From an uncultured Planctomycetaceae bacterium (GTDB taxonomy: Bacteria; Planctomycetota; Phycisphaerae; UBA1845; UTPLA1), in NCBI GenBank assembly GCA_964581285.1, contig CAZONT010000001.1, forward strand, positions 1,450 to 59,909: DNA of 58,460 bases, read 5' to 3'. Below, piece by piece: positions 42,609 through 51,127 of the stretch; the stretch's first letter is position 1, and each line of letters starts with the position of its first letter. The position numbers and the translations under genes were made by a program. The notes under the pieces are model-generated. The model saw only the letters and a list, made by a program, of their open reading frames with translations. It was not told where the DNA came from and did no database searches.

Positions 42609-43955
42609 TCAACCGGCACGTTTGCAGGCGTCGCGAATGAGCTTCAGGGCCTCATCAACCACATCGGCGGTGATGTCGAGGACCGGGCGCAGGCGAAGCG
42701 ATTGTTCGCCGGAGCGAAGCACCAGAACGCCGGACTCGTAGAGGCGTCGCCAAGCCTTGTCGCGCGAGTCTTTGCTCGGGAGCGTGAATGCCATCATGAG
42801 GCCGCGGCCCCGGACCTCCGTGAATGTTCCGGTTTCGTCGCTGATTCGGCGCAGGCCTTCGAGCAGACGGCGACCCATCGTCGCCGCGTTTTCGGCGAGC
42901 CGCTGCTTTTCGTAGATTCGGAGGTAGTGGGTCGAACGGACCATGTCGCAGAGGTTTCCGCCCCAGGTAGAGTTGATGCGGCCGGGCGTACGAAAGCAGT
43001 TTTCCTTGACCTCATCCAGCCGCGGCCCGGCCATGACGCCGCAGACCTGCGACTTTTTTCCAAAGGCGATCAGGTCGGGCAGGACGCCAAAGTGCTCGCA
43101 GCACCAGTTGCGGCCGGTAATGCCCATGCCGGCTTGAACTTCGTCAAAGATAAGGAGGAGTTCGTATTCGTCGCACAGGCGGCGGAGGGTCTTGAACCAC
43201 TCGCCGCGGAAGTGGCGGTCACCGCCTTCGCCCTGAATCGTTTCGATGATGATGGCAGCGACGTCGTGGGCCTTGCGGTTGAGGATGGCGCGGATTTGCG
43301 TTTCCGAGTCTCGCTCAGCCCTTTCAGCGGCTGCGGGCCGCTCGGACTCCGGGAGTGAGAAGTCAATGGCGGGCGCCGACACGCGCGGCCAGTCGAACTT
43401 CGCGAAGAGGGCCGTCTTGTTCGGGTCCGTATTCGTGAGACTCATCGTGTAGCCGCTGCGGCCGTGGAAGGCCCGCTCGAAGTGCAGGATTTCGGTGCCG
43501 CGCTCGCCGCGTCCGGCCGCCAGGTTCTTGCGGACCTTCCAGTCCATCGCGGCCTTGAGCGTGTTCTCAACGGCAAGGGCGCCGCCCTCGATGAAGAAGT
43601 AGCGCTCGAGCGGGGGCAGGCCGACGACGCGGGCAAACGTGTTGACGAACGTCGCGTACTGGGTTGAGTACACATCCGAATTGGCGACTTTGGTTCTTGC
43701 GGCGATCAGCAGATCGGCCTGCACCTCGGGCTGGTCGAAGTAGGGGTGGTTGAACCCCACGGGCATGGAGGCGAAGAAGCTATAGAGGTCGATCATCTCG
43801 CGCCCAGTGGCGGCGTCGACGATTCGGGCTCCGTGGCTCCGCTCGAGATCGACGACGATCTTGAAGCCATCGACCAGAATGTGCTTTTCCAGTTCAGCCA
43901 CGGCGACGGCGGCGTCGACTCCCGCGGGTAACTTTGAGGTCATTGTCGTATGCAT
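42609..43955 (-). CDS. lat: L-lysine 6-transaminase (class-III PLP aminotransferase, Lat)
   Basis: ..ILHFERAFHGRSGYTMSLTNTDPNKTALFAKFDWPRV.. and ..LLIFDEVQAGMGITG.. match my recollection of mycobacterial Lat. ATG at 43955 with GGGAG SD preferred over TTG at 43982. Confidence 0.8.
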   Translation of the reverse strand: MHTTMTSKLPAGVDAAVAVAELEKHILVDGFKIVVDLERSHGARIVDAATGREMIDLYSFFASMPVGFNHPYFDQPEVQADLLIAARTKVANSDVYSTQYATFVNTFARVVGLPPLERYFFIEGGALAVENTLKAAMDWKVRKNLAAGRGERGTEILHFERAFHGRSGYTMSLTNTDPNKTALFAKFDWPRVSAPAIDFSLPESERPAAAERAERDSETQIRAILNRKAHDVAAIIIETIQGEGGDRHFRGEWFKTLRRLCDEYELLLIFDEVQAGMGITGRNWCCEHFGVLPDLIAFGKKSQVCGVMAGPRLDEVKENCFRTPGRINSTWGGNLCDMVRSTHYLRIYEKQRLAENAATMGRRLLEGLRRISDETGTFTEVRGRGLMMAFTLPSKDSRDKAWRRLYESGVLVLRSGEQSLRLRPVLDITADVVDEALKLIRDACKRAG

Positions 43956-44101
43956 GTCAGGACTCCCTGCTGATCTATTCAATCAATCATCCGAACCACA
44001 ACGCAAAAAGAGAGAACTTGCCGAACGCGGGCGCGCCGGACCGATGGCTAGAGCGGCCGCCGGTCGACGATGCCCACGGCGGTTGCGATGATGCGATGGG
44101 G

Positions 44102-44242
44102 TCAGTTATTGAAGATTTCGCTGAAGAAGGCAGGGCGAAGGGGGCTGCCGTAACGGCGACTGGAGGCGTCGCTGGGCAGGTGGAGGCAGCCGTGGCTGCC
44201 GGCCGGCGCGATCCGTTCGATGGTGTGAGATTCCCGGCTCAT
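44102..44242 (-). CDS. Candidate 46-aa small ORF between lspA and lat (not in ORF track)
   Basis: ATG 30 nt after the lspA stop with GGGTGA upstream. MSRESHTIERIAPAGSHGCLHLPSDASSRRYGSPLRPAFFSEIFNN. GC3 about 80%. No homology recognised. Confidence 0.25.
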   Translation of the reverse strand: MSRESHTIERIAPAGSHGCLHLPSDASSRRYGSPLRPAFFSEIFNN

Positions 44243-44272
44243 GTATCACCCACTCGTGGTGAATTGTAGCAT

Positions 44273-45028
44273 TCAGCCGGCGCGAGCGTCAAACGGCTCG
44301 ATGGATTGCGGCGCCGGAGGTGGTTCTTCTCGGCGTTCGAGCCAGAAGTTCAGCAGTAAAATAACGACACCGACGACCAGTAATGCGTCGGCCACGTTAA
44401 AGATCCAGGGCCAGAGCTTGATGCCGCCGATCTGCATTTCGAAGCGGATGAAATCGCGGACCACGGGGCGGATGCCGGTCGTGACGTTTGGCCCGAGCGA
44501 GTACCAGTGCGGGTTCTTCTCGGTCGGATAATCGCCGATCTTGACGCGATCGGGCTGTTGCTCCAGCAAGACGCCCACCTGGTGCTGCCGGGTCCGCGGG
44601 CTATCCCATACGAAGGCGGTCACCATCGTGCGGTCGTAGAGATTGCCGATTGCCCCGGCCAGGACCAGGCCGAGGGCGACGTGCATCGAGCGGTGGCGCG
44701 GGGTCGAATGGACGAAGAGATAGACGACAAACATCAGCGCGAGCACCGACGCTCCGACGAACAGTGGTGCGTAGCCCCGGCCGATGCCGAACAGGGCGCC
44801 GGGGTTCAGCGAAAGCTGGAAGTTGAGCCAGCCGGGAATGATGACCTTGGAGGATTGCGGATCGAGCGTCGCGAACGCCCAGTGCTTCGACCACAGGTCG
44901 AGGGCGAGACCGAAGACCGCCACCGGCCAGAACCGAAAGTGACTGGCCACGCTGCGGATCGCGCTGGCCTTCGAGCCGGCAACGGTCTGGGCCGGCGTAA
45001 ATGTCTCAGTTTGGGGGATCGAGGTCAT
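44273..45028 (-). CDS. lspA: Lipoprotein signal peptidase (signal peptidase II) with ~50-aa insertion
   Basis: ..LSLNPGALFGIG.., ..GAIGNLYDR.., ..VRDFIRF..WPWIFNVADALLVVGVV... ATG at 45028 with AGGAA SD (GTG at 45058 also in frame). Confidence 0.8.
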   Translation of the reverse strand: MTSIPQTETFTPAQTVAGSKASAIRSVASHFRFWPVAVFGLALDLWSKHWAFATLDPQSSKVIIPGWLNFQLSLNPGALFGIGRGYAPLFVGASVLALMFVVYLFVHSTPRHRSMHVALGLVLAGAIGNLYDRTMVTAFVWDSPRTRQHQVGVLLEQQPDRVKIGDYPTEKNPHWYSLGPNVTTGIRPVVRDFIRFEMQIGGIKLWPWIFNVADALLVVGVVILLLNFWLERREEPPPAPQSIEPFDARAG

Positions 45029-45057
45029 GCAGTTCCTAAGATCGGAAGGAAGCCCCA

Positions 45058-45279
45058 CTACTCTTCACGGGCACTCTTGTACTCTTCCAGCCAGGCCATC
45101 TGGATCGCTTCAAGCTTGGCCTCATTCGACGAATGCGGATCGTCGCCGAAGTCGGCCAGGGCGACAACCCACTCGCGCAGGTCGGTGAAGCGCACCGTGA
45201 GAGGATCGAGATCAGGTTGCTTTTCGTGCAGCAGGATGCCGATGTCCTCGCTGTCGGTCCACTTGAGTTTTCGCGGCAT
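45058..45279 (-). CDS. iscX: Fe-S cluster assembly protein IscX
   Basis: 73 aa. LKWTDSEDIGILLHEKQPDLDPLTVRFTDLREWVVALADFGDDPHSSNEAKLEAIQMAWLEE is near-collinear with E. coli IscX. Confidence 0.85.
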   Translation of the reverse strand: MPRKLKWTDSEDIGILLHEKQPDLDPLTVRFTDLREWVVALADFGDDPHSSNEAKLEAIQMAWLEEYKSAREE

Positions 45280-45308
45280 GAGCTTTGCTCCCGATCGCGA
45301 ATGCGAGA

Positions 45309-45755
45309 TCAGTCGTGCTTGGTGGTCATCGAGTCGGCGCCGTGCGGCTCGCGAGCCAGGTTTCGGTTGACGGTCGGAACCTCGATCACGATGTTCTTGC
45401 TGCCATCCGGCACGCACTGGCAGCCGAGCCGGGAGCTGGGCTTGAGCGCGTAGGCCTCGTCGAGTTCGTCGTCCTCGGACTCGGTCGCGGGATTACAGGT
45501 ATCGAGCCCTTCCTTGACGTATACGTGGCAGGTGCTGCACGCGCAGACGCCGCCGCAGGCGTGATCCAGCTCGATGCCGTTGCCCATGCAGATGTCGAGG
45601 ATACTGCCGGGCAGGCCGTGATCGCCGAACGGCAGCTTGGCCGGGTCGATTTCCAGGACGTGCTGTTTCTTCTGCTCGTCGATGATCGTGATCGTGTATT
45701 TCTTTGTCGGCAGTGCCGGTTCGGCGTCGGTGATGTATGGATTCTGACCGCCCAC
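45309..45755 (-). CDS. fdx: ISC-type [2Fe-2S] ferredoxin
   Basis: ..GIELDHACGGVCACSTCHVYV..SRLGCQC.. adrenodoxin-type Cys ligands. Confidence 0.9.
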   Translation of the reverse strand: MGGQNPYITDAEPALPTKKYTITIIDEQKKQHVLEIDPAKLPFGDHGLPGSILDICMGNGIELDHACGGVCACSTCHVYVKEGLDTCNPATESEDDELDEAYALKPSSRLGCQCVPDGSKNIVIEVPTVNRNLAREPHGADSMTTKHD

Positions 45756-45763
45756 GCTTGTAC

Positions 45764-47674
45764 CTACCTTTCCACCGTCGCCTGCGCTTCGCGCAGGGAT
45801 TCCGTAATGGCCATTTCCGCGAGTCGGACCGTCATCTTGTCGAATCGGTCCAGGGATTCGTGCAGTTTATCCGCGTCGCCGCTGGTTTCGCTCAGTCTGT
45901 GCAGGACGCGCATCGACTCCTCGATTGCGACTCGCTCCTCTTTCGGTAACCGGTCGCCGACCCGATCAAGCATCTGCCGGGTCTTGTTCAGATCGAACTC
46001 GACCTGGTTTCGCAGGTCGATCAGGCGGTGCGCTGTCATGTCTTCGCGGGCGTGCTGGACGCTCTCCAACTCGATGCGGCGGACTTCGTCGCGCGTCAGC
46101 CCGTGGGCCGGGACAACCTGAATGCTCGCCGTCCGGCCGCTACGCTGCTCCGCGGCCGTCACGTTCAGAATTCCGTTTGCATCGATCAGGAATGTCACTT
46201 CGATTTTCGGAATGCCAGCCGGCATCGGGGGAATACCCGACAACACGAACTCGCCGAGACTGCGGCAGTCGGCGGCCAGCTCGCGCTCGCCCTGCAGAAC
46301 GTTGATCTTTACGTTGGCCTGGCCGTCCGTGAACGTGGTGAACATTTCCCGCGCCTGGCAGGGGATGCGGGTGTTTCGCATGATGAGCTTGCCCATCGCG
46401 CCGCCCATCGTCTCGATGCCGAGCGAGAGCGGAGTCACGTCGAGCAGGAGCAGGTCGCGGCGGCCGCCGGCGAGAATCTGGGCCTGAACGGCCGCGCCCA
46501 TCGCCACGACTTCGTCGGGGTTCAGGGCGGTGTAGGGTGTGCACTCGAAGAACTCGCCAACGCGCTGGCGGACGAGCGGGATTCGACTACAGCCGCCGAC
46601 CATCACGACACGTTCGATGTCGGCCGGGCTGAGTCTTGCGTCGGCGAGTGCCTGGCGGCAGGCGATGATCGTTCGCTCTACGAGGGGGTCGATCAACGAT
46701 TCAAACTCGCCGCGGCGGATGAGGCGGCGGTAGAGGCGGCCGGCGCCGAGGTCGAGCTCGACCGTGGCTTCGTCACGATCCGACAGTCGGACTTTCATCT
46801 GCTCCGACAGAAGCCGCAGCGCCTGCCGCGTCGCGGGCGACATGATCTCGAGCTCGAACTTGTCCCGGACTTCGCGCTGCACGAGGTCCATGATCGCGCG
46901 ATCGAAGTCGTCGCCGCCGAGGTGCGTGTCGCCGTGCGTGCTCAGCGCCTCAAAAACGCCCTCGTGAAGGCGGAGCATGGTGACGTCAAACGTGCCGCCG
47001 CCGAGGTCGAAGACGGCGATCGTCGATGCAGGCGTCGAGTCAGCCGATACGGCCGGGGTAGCGCATTTGCTCTTGTCGCCGATCGGGAGCGACGTGGATT
47101 GCCCCTTCGGTTCGCCGCGCTGACCGATACCGTACGCGAGGGCCGCCGCGGTCGGCTCATTCACGATCCGGACGACCTCGAGCCCGGCGATCTGTCCGGC
47201 GTCGCGCGTGGCCTGTCGCTGTGAGTCGTCGAAATAGGCCGGTACGGTGATCACTGCCTTGCGGATCGGCTTGCCGAGTTGGATCTCCGCACGCTGGCGC
47301 AGGTCGCGGAGGATCATCGCGGAGATTTCCTGCGGCGTTACCTTGCGGCCATTGACCTCGATGACGACCTGATCGCGTGTTCCGGGAAGCACGTGATAGG
47401 ACAGATAGGGCAGCTCGCGAGAGAGTACGTCCGCCCCGATGCCCATCAGCCGCTTAACGGAGTAGATGGTGCATTCGGGGTTTTCGACGGCGTGGTTCCG
47501 TGCCTCCCAGCCGGTCGTGATTCTTCCGTCGGGTGAGAAACCGATCACCGAGGGCACCCGGCCGTCGCCATTGGCGTCGCGCAATACGCGCGGGCCGCGC
47601 TCGTCGCATACGGCCACGAGCGAGAAGGTCGTGCCGAGGTCGATGCCAACGATGGTTTCGCCGTTTTCCGCCAT
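45764..47674 (-). CDS. hscA: Fe-S cluster assembly Hsp70 chaperone HscA
   Basis: IVGIDLGTTFSLVA.., ..DLGGGTFDV.., full Hsp70 architecture in isc context. Confidence 0.9.
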   Translation of the reverse strand: MAENGETIVGIDLGTTFSLVAVCDERGPRVLRDANGDGRVPSVIGFSPDGRITTGWEARNHAVENPECTIYSVKRLMGIGADVLSRELPYLSYHVLPGTRDQVVIEVNGRKVTPQEISAMILRDLRQRAEIQLGKPIRKAVITVPAYFDDSQRQATRDAGQIAGLEVVRIVNEPTAAALAYGIGQRGEPKGQSTSLPIGDKSKCATPAVSADSTPASTIAVFDLGGGTFDVTMLRLHEGVFEALSTHGDTHLGGDDFDRAIMDLVQREVRDKFELEIMSPATRQALRLLSEQMKVRLSDRDEATVELDLGAGRLYRRLIRRGEFESLIDPLVERTIIACRQALADARLSPADIERVVMVGGCSRIPLVRQRVGEFFECTPYTALNPDEVVAMGAAVQAQILAGGRRDLLLLDVTPLSLGIETMGGAMGKLIMRNTRIPCQAREMFTTFTDGQANVKINVLQGERELAADCRSLGEFVLSGIPPMPAGIPKIEVTFLIDANGILNVTAAEQRSGRTASIQVVPAHGLTRDEVRRIELESVQHAREDMTAHRLIDLRNQVEFDLNKTRQMLDRVGDRLPKEERVAIEESMRVLHRLSETSGDADKLHESLDRFDKMTVRLAEMAITESLREAQATVER

Positions 47675-48285
47675 CAGAGCTGTGCCAGCAGGTTGTTGAA
47701 GTACTTCATCGAATTCAGTTGCAGACGCAGGTCGTCGCGGACGGACTCGCCGCCGTCGTCGAGGAGGCGGCTCAGATCAGCGAGTCTTTGGAGAGCCGAA
47801 TCCTTCTGTCGCGAGACTTGCTCGCGGAAGCGCGTCAGGGTTGCCGCGTCGCCGCTGCTCTTCGCCTCCTCGATTTCTTCGCGCATAATCATGACCTGTC
47901 CGAGCAGCTCCGGCGGGACGCGCTTGTCGTCCGCCGCCGATTTCCCGCCCGATGATTCAAGCAGGTACTCGGCCCGCAGGATCGGATCCTTCAGCGTCTC
48001 GTAGGCCCGGTTGATCGTCGCCGCCATTCGCAGCATGAGCGATTGCGTTGTGGCGTCGGCCGTGGCGAAGGCATCCGGATGAGTGTTTCGCGTGATGGCG
48101 AGATAGGTCTTCTGCAACGCCGTCGCGTCGATGTCGTAGAGTCGTTTGAGGCCGAAGAGTTCGAAGTAGTCTGCTCCGGCGACGTGTTCGAGCAGCGTGT
48201 GGCAATCAGCGCATGCCAGCGGGGTCTGCGCCAGCATCTCGCACGTGCTGCATTTCGCTGGAAAAGAGCCGACTTGTGTCACCAC
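47674..48285 (-). CDS. hscB: Fe-S cluster co-chaperone HscB with N-terminal CxxC-x9-CxxC module
   Basis: CSTCEMLAQTPLACADCH then J-domain DYFELFGL..YLAITRNTHPD and a C-terminal helical domain. 1-nt overlap with the hscA start. GTG start. Confidence 0.85.
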   Translation of the reverse strand: MVTQVGSFPAKCSTCEMLAQTPLACADCHTLLEHVAGADYFELFGLKRLYDIDATALQKTYLAITRNTHPDAFATADATTQSLMLRMAATINRAYETLKDPILRAEYLLESSGGKSAADDKRVPPELLGQVMIMREEIEEAKSSGDAATLTRFREQVSRQKDSALQRLADLSRLLDDGGESVRDDLRLQLNSMKYFNNLLAQL

Positions 48286-48296
48286 GCGTTTGCCTC

Positions 48297-48340
48297 AAAA
48301 AAATCGGCAAGGTCGCGGCCGGATGTCCGGGACCTTGCCG
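48297..48340 (-). terminator. Intrinsic terminator/attenuator hairpin between iscA and hscB
   Basis: 10-bp stem 48305-48314/48331-48340 (cggcaaggtc/gaccttgccg) plus an inner ccgg/ccgg pairing, followed on the minus strand by AUUUUUUUG (48297-48304). Confidence 0.5.
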
Positions 48341-48394
48341 TCGTCCGACTTTGCCGCCGAGCGGCCGCCGGGCGCACCGACCGAAAGCGCCGTG

Positions 48395-48724
48395 TCAGGC
48401 GCTGAAGCTGCTGCCGCAGCCACAGGTGTGGGTCGCGTTCGGATTGTTGAACACGAACCCGCGTCCCATGACCTCGTCCTTGAAATCCACTGCTACGCCG
48501 TTGAGGTAGAGATAGCTCTTCGAGTCGCAGATCAGCTTGACGCCGTGCTGCTCGAAGGTCTCGTCGTTCTCACCGACCGAGTCGGTCAGGTCGAGCGAGT
48601 ATGAAAAACCGCTGCAACCGCCGCCCTTCACGCCCACTCGCAGGTATGTGTTCTCGGGCAGGTTCTGCTGCTTGATGATGCTGAGCACTTCCTGCGCCGC
48701 TCGTTCCGTCAATTGCACTGCCAT
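48395..48724 (-). CDS. iscA: Iron-sulfur cluster insertion protein IscA/ErpA (HesB family)
   Basis: ..LRVGVKGGGCSGFSY.. and C-terminal CGCGSSF. AAGGAG SD. Confidence 0.9.
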   Translation of the reverse strand: MAVQLTERAAQEVLSIIKQQNLPENTYLRVGVKGGGCSGFSYSLDLTDSVGENDETFEQHGVKLICDSKSYLYLNGVAVDFKDEVMGRGFVFNNPNATHTCGCGSSFSA

Positions 48725-48812
48725 GACTCAACGCTCCTTGTCTTTCTCTCGAAATGCGGTCGCGGCTTTCCGTGGCCGCCCGCGTCCTGTCGGATTCTAG
48801 TGCGATCCCGTC

Positions 48813-49226
48813 TCAGCTTGAAGCCCCGGCCGTCTCGGGCTGGCGCTCCTCGCTCTTCTTCTTATAGTCGGCGATGGCCGCGCGGATCGCGTCTTCGGCC
48901 AGCACGCTGCAGTGAATCTTCACCGGCGGCAGGGCCAGCTCCCGCACGATGTCGGTGTTCTTGATCTGCAGGGCTTCATCGACGCTCTTGCCCTTGACCC
49001 ACTCGGTCGCGAGCGAGCTTGAGGCGATGGCGCTGCCGCAGCCGAACGTCTTGAACTTGGCGTCGACAATTCGCCCGTTCTCGTCGCACTTGATCTGCAG
49101 CTTCATCACGTCGCCGCACTCCGGCGCGCCGACGATCCCCGTACCCACGGTGGGATCGCCCTTGTCGAACGAGCCGACGTTTCGCGGGTGCTGATAGTGT
49201 TCGATGATCTTGTCGCTGTATGACAT
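48813..49226 (-). CDS. iscU: Fe-S cluster scaffold IscU
   Basis: MSYSDKIIEHYQHPRNVG..GAPECGDVMKL..FGCGSAIASSS..LPPVKIHCSVLAEDA. Confidence 0.95.
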   Translation of the reverse strand: MSYSDKIIEHYQHPRNVGSFDKGDPTVGTGIVGAPECGDVMKLQIKCDENGRIVDAKFKTFGCGSAIASSSLATEWVKGKSVDEALQIKNTDIVRELALPPVKIHCSVLAEDAIRAAIADYKKKSEERQPETAGASS

Positions 49227-49294
49227 TCTTCTAGCTCCTGAACGGCCCCAAACCGGCCGTTAACGTATCCCACAAACTCGAAAGCGGGCGAACC

Positions 49295-50509
49295 TCAATG
49301 GGCCGCCCACTGCACTTTGCTCAGATCGATCCCTTCCTGGGCCATTTCGTAGAGCGGGCTCATCTCGCGCAGCCGCTTCACGGCTGTCACGACCCGCTCG
49401 ACAACGTAGTCCACTTCCTCGGCCGTCGTAAATCGGCCGAGCGAGAAGCGGATGCTGCTGTGGGCGAGGTCGTCGCCCAGCCCGAGGGCCTTCAACACAT
49501 AGCTTGGCTCCAGCGACGCGCTGGTGCACGCCGACCCGGAACTAACCGCCACATCCGAGAAGCCCATCATCAGCGACTCGCCTTCGACGTAAAGGAAGCT
49601 CACGTTCAGGTTGTTCGGCGTCCGCTCGGTCGGGTGGCCGTTCAGATAGATCTCGTCGAGCTGGCTGAACAGGCCGTCCTTCATGCGATCCCGCAGGCCG
49701 GCGACCTTCCTGGTCTCGGCGTCCATGTTGTCGAAGCAGAGCTCGGCCGCCTTGCCCATGCCGACGATGCCCGGCACGTTCAGCGTTCCGCTGCGCATGC
49801 CTCGCTCGTGGCCACCGCCGTGAAGGACCGGTTCGCAACGGACGCGCGGCCGCTTCCGCCGCACGTAAAGCGCACCGACGCCCTTGGGTCCATAGATCTT
49901 GTGGCCGGAACAGGAAAGCAGGTCTATCCCCATCGCCTCGACGTCGATCGGCACTTTGCCGAATGTCTGGCAAGCATCGGTGTGGAACAGGACGCCTTTT
50001 TCCTTACAGAGCTTGCCGATGTCGGCGAGGGGCTGGAGCGTTCCAATTTCGTTGTTGCCGTGCATGATCGAGACGAGGATGGTCTTGTCGGTCATGGCCT
50101 CGCGGATCTGCTCGGCGCTGACGCGGCCGTCCTTGTCGACCGGCAGAAACGTCACCTGGCAGCCCATCTGCTCGAGGTACTTAGCCGGGTCGATGACCGC
50201 CTTGTGCTCGGTCACCTGGGTAATGATGTGGTTGCCCTGCTCGCGATACATGGCAGCGACGCCTTTGATCGCGATGTTGTTGCTTTCAGTCGCCCCGCTG
50301 GTCCAGACGATCTCCTTCGGCGATGCGTTGATGCCCTTGGCGACCTGGTCGCGGGCGTTTTCGACGCCTTCCTCGGCCACCCAGCCGAACTCGTGGTTGC
50401 GGCTGGCGGCGTTTCCAAACTTCTCGCGGAAGTAGGGCAGCATCGCATCGACCACGCGCGGATCGACCGGCGTGGTCGCGTTGTTATCCAGATAGATGGG
50501 CAACTTCAT
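49295..50509 (-). CDS. iscS: Cysteine desulfurase IscS
   Basis: [19 protein letters not shown].., ..[15 protein letters not shown].., ..SSGSACTS... ATG at 50509 overlaps the iscR stop (ATGA). Confidence 0.95.
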   Translation of the reverse strand: MKLPIYLDNNATTPVDPRVVDAMLPYFREKFGNAASRNHEFGWVAEEGVENARDQVAKGINASPKEIVWTSGATESNNIAIKGVAAMYREQGNHIITQVTEHKAVIDPAKYLEQMGCQVTFLPVDKDGRVSAEQIREAMTDKTILVSIMHGNNEIGTLQPLADIGKLCKEKGVLFHTDACQTFGKVPIDVEAMGIDLLSCSGHKIYGPKGVGALYVRRKRPRVRCEPVLHGGGHERGMRSGTLNVPGIVGMGKAAELCFDNMDAETRKVAGLRDRMKDGLFSQLDEIYLNGHPTERTPNNLNVSFLYVEGESLMMGFSDVAVSSGSACTSASLEPSYVLKALGLGDDLAHSSIRFSLGRFTTAEEVDYVVERVVTAVKRLREMSPLYEMAQEGIDLSKVQWAAH

Positions 50510-50994
50510 GTCTTCAACTCCACTCTTGCCGTACCCAGCGGAATCATGTCTGAGTGCTCGTGACAGCCGCACTCGCACGCTTCCACCGCAATTTCAGTCA
50601 GCGTCACGTCCTTCAAAAACTGTTCCAGTCGATCGTGCACGCGCCGCACCGGCCGCGAGATCGGGCACACGCTCAGCAACTCGCACGAAGCCTCGCCGTT
50701 TTCACCCGCAGGCTCGACGCAGCTCACGAACTCCACCGGTCCCTCGATTGCGAGGATGACCGTGTGTAGAGAGACCTCTTCCGGACGGACGGCCAGCACG
50801 TACCCGCCCTTGGAGCCACGGACCGATCGGACGATGCCCTTGTGGGCGAGCAACTTCATGACGTTCATCAGCAGCGAGACCGGAATGTGGTACCGCGCCG
50901 CGATGGCTCTCGCGTTGGCCACCCGATTGCCGTTCGCCACCAAGTGGCTGAGTGCGATCAGGGCGTAGTCCGTTTTCTTGGTCAGCGCGAGCAT
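50506..50994 (-). CDS. iscR: Rrf2-family Fe-S regulator IscR with extra C-terminal CxCxCHxH tail
   Basis: [15 protein letters not shown].. wHTH. Cluster-ligand region [30 protein letters not shown]. Tail [10 protein letters not shown]. Confidence 0.85.
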   Translation of the reverse strand: MLALTKKTDYALIALSHLVANGNRVANARAIAARYHIPVSLLMNVMKLLAHKGIVRSVRGSKGGYVLAVRPEEVSLHTVILAIEGPVEFVSCVEPAGENGEASCELLSVCPISRPVRRVHDRLEQFLKDVTLTEIAVEACECGCHEHSDMIPLGTARVELKT

Positions 50995-51016
50995 GCTGGC
51001 ATCCTGCCGTCGGGGT

Positions 51017-51045
51017 AATTTAGCACCTTGCAGGTACTATATCAA
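51017..51045 (-). promoter_or_regulatory. Candidate iscR promoter with embedded palindrome (possible IscR operator)
   Basis: Minus strand: TTGATA (51045-51040), 17 nt, TAAATT (51022-51017). The spacer is the imperfect palindrome tagcacc-ttgca-ggtacta (51021-51039). AGGA SD 7 nt before the ATG at 50994. Local AT-rich island. Confidence 0.45.
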
Positions 51046-51127
51046 GGGTCTTTCTCGGGGATTCCGAGCTGGAATTCGTTCGGATGTGCTGCCCTAACTT
51101 TCTGCAAAGTCTGGTTTTATGATTCTG

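Noticed and set aside
43956-44101. Checked the 146-nt leader of lat for a lysine riboswitch.
   Set aside because: I could not recognise L-box conserved elements. An Rfam/Infernal scan would be needed to be sure.
46028-47224. 398-aa ORF antisense to hscA; likewise 49298..50563 (421 aa) antisense to iscS.
   Set aside because: Shadow ORFs opposite highly conserved genes.
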